From: an uncultured bacterium
GTDB lineage: Bacteria > DUMJ01
Length of the DNA stretch: 64,000 bases
Reading direction: 5' to 3'
Assembly: GCA_937958695.1 (NCBI GenBank)
Contig: CALGNK010000027.1
Location: 44 to 64,043 of the forward strand
Made by a program: the position numbers and the translations under genes. How positions within the stretch are numbered: the stretch's first letter is position 1; every line of letters starts with the position of its first letter. The notes under the pieces are model-generated. The model ran no database searches. It worked only from the letters and a program-made list of their open reading frames with translations, and was not told the DNA's origin. This document shows, piece by piece, positions 60,174 through 64,000 of the stretch.

Positions 60174-61332
60174 CTTTCATCATCTCCCCATTATTCAGAT
60201 TATGATTATATATAACTAACCCAGCCCCTACCTTTGGATAAAAATAGGTTGTCTTTTGAGGTAATCTATCCCCCTTCTCCACAACATTCCTTAATGTATC
60301 CATCGATAGTGGGTTAACAATAAAAGCCGACTCATAAGCACCGCTATCTACTAGTGACTTCACCTCTTCTAAGTTATGTGAATAAGCTATAGAAAGGTTA
60401 TCAAAGTTATTTAAAAACTTATGTAAAGAGATGACATTAAGCTCTTCGGTTCTAAACTTAAAGGTTTCTCCTTTCCTGTAATAATAGAGTAAAAACTCAT
60501 CCTGAGTAATCTCTATCGAATCAGCCTTTTCTAAAGAAAAGAAGCCCTTCAACATATCTTCAAAATCCTTAGAAACTCCTTTTATGACTCTATGTGTAGG
60601 CAACAAACTTAATCCTCCACTATAGGCATCGATCAGAAACATCATAACAAAACTATAAGGTCCAGACTTACCATATTCTAGCTCCATTAGTTCTTTGTAT
60701 TCTAATGCTGTTTCATATCTATGATGCCCATCTGCTATAAGTACTATTCTATCTCTAAAGAAGTTCGAAATGTCTTCTAGCATATCATCTACAATCCACA
60801 TGTTGAACCTATCCGAAGAAAACAAAGGTTTTTTTAGCTTAACATTTCTCCACAATTCTTCACTAATACCTACATCATCAAAGTATATACTTAGTATAGG
60901 ACTTATATTTGACTTTATATGCTTTAAAAGATTAAATCTATCTTTCTTAGGTTTCGGAAAGGTAAATTCATGCGGAAGTATAACTCTCTTTTCAAATGGT
61001 TCAACCTTCACAATACCAAAGAATCCTCTCAGTACTCTTTCTTCCCTATCTAGTGTATATACCTCTTCGTAAAAATAGTAGGACGGTCTTTCACTGGGAA
61101 CTAAAGCCTTATCTTTCAGCCAGAGTCTAAGCGTTCTATCTGCTTCCAAATACCTCTCTTCACCATCGCCTAATGGTAACTCTAACCTAACTACATTATA
61201 AGGATGTTTAACATAAAGACTCCTCTGAAGCTCAGGTGAGATAATATCATACGGAGGAGCTATAACATCCTCTAATCTACCTACTATATCCCTATTATAA
61301 GTAAGCCCTATAAATGGTTTCACTTCTGCCAT
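60166..61332 (-). CDS. DUF1015 family protein
   Basis: IADGHHRYETA and PQKTTYFYPK motifs recalled for DUF1015/COG4198. 388 aa. Confidence 0.7.
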   Translation of the reverse strand: MAEVKPFIGLTYNRDIVGRLEDVIAPPYDIISPELQRSLYVKHPYNVVRLELPLGDGEERYLEADRTLRLWLKDKALVPSERPSYYFYEEVYTLDREERVLRGFFGIVKVEPFEKRVILPHEFTFPKPKKDRFNLLKHIKSNISPILSIYFDDVGISEELWRNVKLKKPLFSSDRFNMWIVDDMLEDISNFFRDRIVLIADGHHRYETALEYKELMELEYGKSGPYSFVMMFLIDAYSGGLSLLPTHRVIKGVSKDFEDMLKGFFSLEKADSIEITQDEFLLYYYRKGETFKFRTEELNVISLHKFLNNFDNLSIAYSHNLEEVKSLVDSGAYESAFIVNPLSMDTLRNVVEKGDRLPQKTTYFYPKVGAGLVIYNHNLNNGEMMKDV

Positions 61333-61336
61333 AGAA

Positions 61337-62413
61337 TTATCCAGACTCTCTCAGAACTATACTATCTTCTAAAAGATCTTCTACTAGAGATTTTACTGCT
61401 TCTAATCTTTTACTATCTAAAGCCAAGACATCTAAAGTATCATCATATATCCTAACTACTCCGAATTCCAAATCTTCCTCTGTTTCCTCTTCTGTAGGAA
61501 GGATTATCTGATTGGTACTAAGTAGGATATCAGTTCTAGGATTCCTAACACAGACAAATATCTTTCCTCTAGGGTTGTCCTCTCTTTTGATAAAGAAGGG
61601 GGATAACTCTAATACACTGTTTACCTTATTAATGTCCTTTATTTCATACTCAGAAATCTTAATCCTTGGCTCTTCTTCTTTATGCTGAAATATACTATTT
61701 ATATAGATGTATAATCGGTATCCATAATTGCGAAGAATATCCTCTATAGAGATTGCATCCTTCAAAAACGGTTCTAAGAATTGACTTAAAACGTCTTCTA
61801 ATCCGTCTGGTTTCCTCACTAGCCAAGGGAAAAATACATAGCCTAAGAAGTAAAAGTTGTCATGTGGAACAATCCTACCAAAAGATACTTCTCCCCCAGA
61901 AAATAACTCTATATTCTCATCAAAGACAATATATTCTCTACCAGTTAGAATATCTATGAGTCTAGCCTTACCCAACTTTTTAGTAACGTCCTTTACCTCA
62001 TATACCGACCAGTAAGTTCCCTGAAATCTTTTTAAAAGATTCTTCTCTTTCTCTGTAGCGATATCTTCTTCTAAAAATAACTCTAATGGGGTCTTCCCTT
62101 TAGCCACATACTCATTAAATATAAACCAATCTAAAACTTCTTCCCAATCAGATTTATTTCTAACTAGATCATCAAAACTTTCAGCTGAAGCAAGATCTCC
62201 TCTATCGAACTTCTTTGCAATATCACTAAACGCTTCTCGATAGTTTGTAAATGAATGATAGGCAATCTTATAATACAGAGAAAATTTTAAAAAGTTTACC
62301 GCCAAAGACTCCTCATATAAGGGAAGGCAACATTTTTTAAACTTTTTACCACTTCCACAAGGGCAAGGGTCATTTCTCCCTATATCTATATAACCTTTAA
62401 CTAGCCCTTTCAT
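61337..62413 (-). CDS. SEC-C-motif-containing protein (N-terminal zinc-binding SEC-C motif, remainder uncharacterised)
   Basis: [18 protein letters not shown] at residues 11-29, nearly identical to the SecA C-terminus in this window. Confidence 0.6.
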   Translation of the reverse strand: MKGLVKGYIDIGRNDPCPCGSGKKFKKCCLPLYEESLAVNFLKFSLYYKIAYHSFTNYREAFSDIAKKFDRGDLASAESFDDLVRNKSDWEEVLDWFIFNEYVAKGKTPLELFLEEDIATEKEKNLLKRFQGTYWSVYEVKDVTKKLGKARLIDILTGREYIVFDENIELFSGGEVSFGRIVPHDNFYFLGYVFFPWLVRKPDGLEDVLSQFLEPFLKDAISIEDILRNYGYRLYIYINSIFQHKEEEPRIKISEYEIKDINKVNSVLELSPFFIKREDNPRGKIFVCVRNPRTDILLSTNQIILPTEEETEEDLEFGVVRIYDDTLDVLALDSKRLEAVKSLVEDLLEDSIVLRESG

Positions 62414-62425
62414 ATCGTACTTATA

Positions 62426-63712
62426 TTATTCTTCTCCTTTCTTGACTAATTTGATGAATAAAGGCATTAACTGATTTCCAAGCAATCTACCTAGAGAACC
62501 CTTAGCACAAGCACTTTCAGAAAAGGTGATAGTTCCATCACTATCAATATCTGCTCCGGCTACTAGTAAAGGAACTGGGTCGTCAGAGTGCGCCTTTAAA
62601 GAACAGGGAGTAGAATGGTCTGCAGTAACAGCTATAACAACCTTAGAAAGGTCTATCTTAGGTAAAAGATTTCCAAAAAAGTACTTATCTATAGCAGAGA
62701 TGCTATCTCTCTTTTCAATAGCCTTACCATCATGTCCTGGTACATCTGGACCTTTTAGATGTATATATAAGGCATCATAGTGATTCATATATTCTAAAGC
62801 CTTATCCGCCCTTAAAGGATAGTCTAGTTCAGGATCACCAGTAGGTTCAGGTAGTTCTACGATATCCATCCCGGTAAGCATAGCTATACCCATCTCCACA
62901 GGCATCTCAGCAAAACAGGCAAAGTTTAGTCCAAACAATTCTTTTATATTAGGAAATTGAGGAAGCTTATCACCTGCATCTCGGGTAAGTATAACATTAC
63001 CCATCATCTTCCCTTGCGCCTTCCTTTTCAGATTTACCTCTGCATTATTTAGAACTATATGACTCTTTTCGACAAATTCATTAGTCAAGTCAGCAGCCCT
63101 TTTAGCCTCTATACTGTCATCTAACGGTTTACAAACCTGAAGATAAGGTTCAAATTTTTCCTTGGCTATACCAAAATATCCAATCTTATCATATGCAGGA
63201 TCAGTATTTGTAATATTAGCAGAGAGTGGTCCTTCATGACACCTTATCCATAGTACTCCTCTATGGCCAACAGTACTTACAAACTTAAATTCAGCAGGAT
63301 GGCTTGTTAATTTCACCTTGTTATTTACTTCTTCAGCTAAAGCCTTTGCCTCTTCGGTAGTAAGGTCTCTTCCAGCTCTTCTGTCTACAAGGTATCTATT
63401 ATCATCCATAGTGGCAAAATTTACTCTAAACGCAAGGTCTCCAGGTTGAACATCAATACCAACAGCAAAACATTCTAATGGGCCCCTCCCTGTATAATAT
63501 CTCTCCGCATCATAACCAAGAATGCTAATAACTGCAATATCAGATTCAGGAGCTATCCCTGGAGCTACAGTGTCCACTATACCAGTTCTACCATTTTTAG
63601 CTAAGTTATCCATATTAGGAGTTTCTGCTGCCTCTAAAGGAGTTTTACCATTCAACTCCTTACAGGGCCTATCTCCTAGACCGTCCAATACAACATATAG
63701 TAATTTATACAT
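62426..63712 (-). CDS. apgM: Cofactor-independent phosphoglycerate mutase, archaeal type (ApgM)
   Basis: N-terminal LLYVVLDGLGDRP and alkaline-phosphatase-superfamily metal-site residues (ADHSTP). 428 aa. Confidence 0.8.
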   Translation of the reverse strand: MYKLLYVVLDGLGDRPCKELNGKTPLEAAETPNMDNLAKNGRTGIVDTVAPGIAPESDIAVISILGYDAERYYTGRGPLECFAVGIDVQPGDLAFRVNFATMDDNRYLVDRRAGRDLTTEEAKALAEEVNNKVKLTSHPAEFKFVSTVGHRGVLWIRCHEGPLSANITNTDPAYDKIGYFGIAKEKFEPYLQVCKPLDDSIEAKRAADLTNEFVEKSHIVLNNAEVNLKRKAQGKMMGNVILTRDAGDKLPQFPNIKELFGLNFACFAEMPVEMGIAMLTGMDIVELPEPTGDPELDYPLRADKALEYMNHYDALYIHLKGPDVPGHDGKAIEKRDSISAIDKYFFGNLLPKIDLSKVVIAVTADHSTPCSLKAHSDDPVPLLVAGADIDSDGTITFSESACAKGSLGRLLGNQLMPLFIKLVKKGEE

Positions 63713-63875
63713 TCTAACTATTCACCTCTTTCTTACCAAGGATTAATTGTGTTTATTCCATTATAACATATAAAAACAAAAACTCTTATATCTTCTGAAA
63801 TTTCTGCGACTTATCCCCCTGCAGAAGTTGCATAACATAAGAGACTATTACTTATAGGAAGGGGTGTCTCTTAGA

Positions 63876-64000
63876 ATGAAAGGAAGAGTAGGAGTACCTC
63901 AGAAAGCTATGCATATTTACTATGGAACATCATTGTATAATAGATCTATTATGAAGACTTGGATTAAAAAATTAGATTTCTCTAAAAATGAAGTAGCTAA
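63876..64000 (+). CDS. Start of an unidentified ORF (3' truncated by window edge), divergent from apgM
   Basis: ATG at 63876 preceded by AGGAAGGGGTG, open to the window end (MKGRVGVPQKAMHIYYG...). No family assignable. Confidence 0.25.
   Translation, partial: MKGRVGVPQKAMHIYYGTSLYNRSIMKTWIKKLDFSKNEVA

Noticed and set aside
1-64000. Mobile elements, integrases, rRNA and CRISPR-Cas.
   Set aside because: No transposase, integrase or Cas-like ORFs appear in any frame. No long inverted or direct repeats bound any region. No rRNA-like conserved stretches.

Overview
AT-rich window (roughly one-third GC by eye) whose proteins have a thermophile-like Lys/Glu/Ile-rich composition. Gene order is Firmicutes-like (divIB-DUF881-sbp-ftsA-ftsZ, maf-mreBCD-mrdA-minCDE-rodA, secA-prfB, sepF), with no sporulation sigma genes after ftsZ. 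The content is almost entirely core cell-envelope, division and morphogenesis genes, packed into two very long co-directional minus-strand gene runs (about 43.6 kb to 9.06 kb, and about 63.7 kb to 45.3 kb) with many 4-50 nt overlaps between neighbours. The run from mraZ to ruvX is a complete dcw cluster (mraZ-rsmH-ftsL-ftsI-murE-mraY-murD-ftsW-murG-murC-murB-ftsQ-DUF881-sbp-ftsA-ftsZ) followed by sepF-hisS-aspS, an RnfB/ApbE/Gx flavinylation module, maf-mreBCD-mrdA-minCDE-rodA and ruvX. It contains two paralogous B12-binding-type radical SAM genes, one paired with DUF2344 and one paired with an HlyD-like protein inserted between ftsZ and sepF. The run from apgM down to 45347 holds a SEC-C-motif protein, DUF1015, a giant TPR/transglutaminase protein, secA, prfB (classic +1 frameshift, CTT TGA C, seen directly) and mltG. 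It ends in the most unusual locus: a membrane-anchored GH88/105-like hydrolase, an ArnC/Dpm1-like GT2, a 541-aa unknown, and a 949-aa fusion of a flippase-like domain, a GT-C transferase and a degenerate CE4 deacetylase domain. This reads as a compact Arn-like polyprenyl-phosphate-sugar envelope modification system. The plus-strand 5' end carries the tail of a defense island (a truncated gene coupled to a DUF499-type ATPase), a 566-bp structured noncoding gap, and a GDP-mannose-linked glycosyltransferase cluster (GT-B, GH-like, manC, nadE, YdjC). No rRNA, tRNA, CRISPR array or transposase was found.
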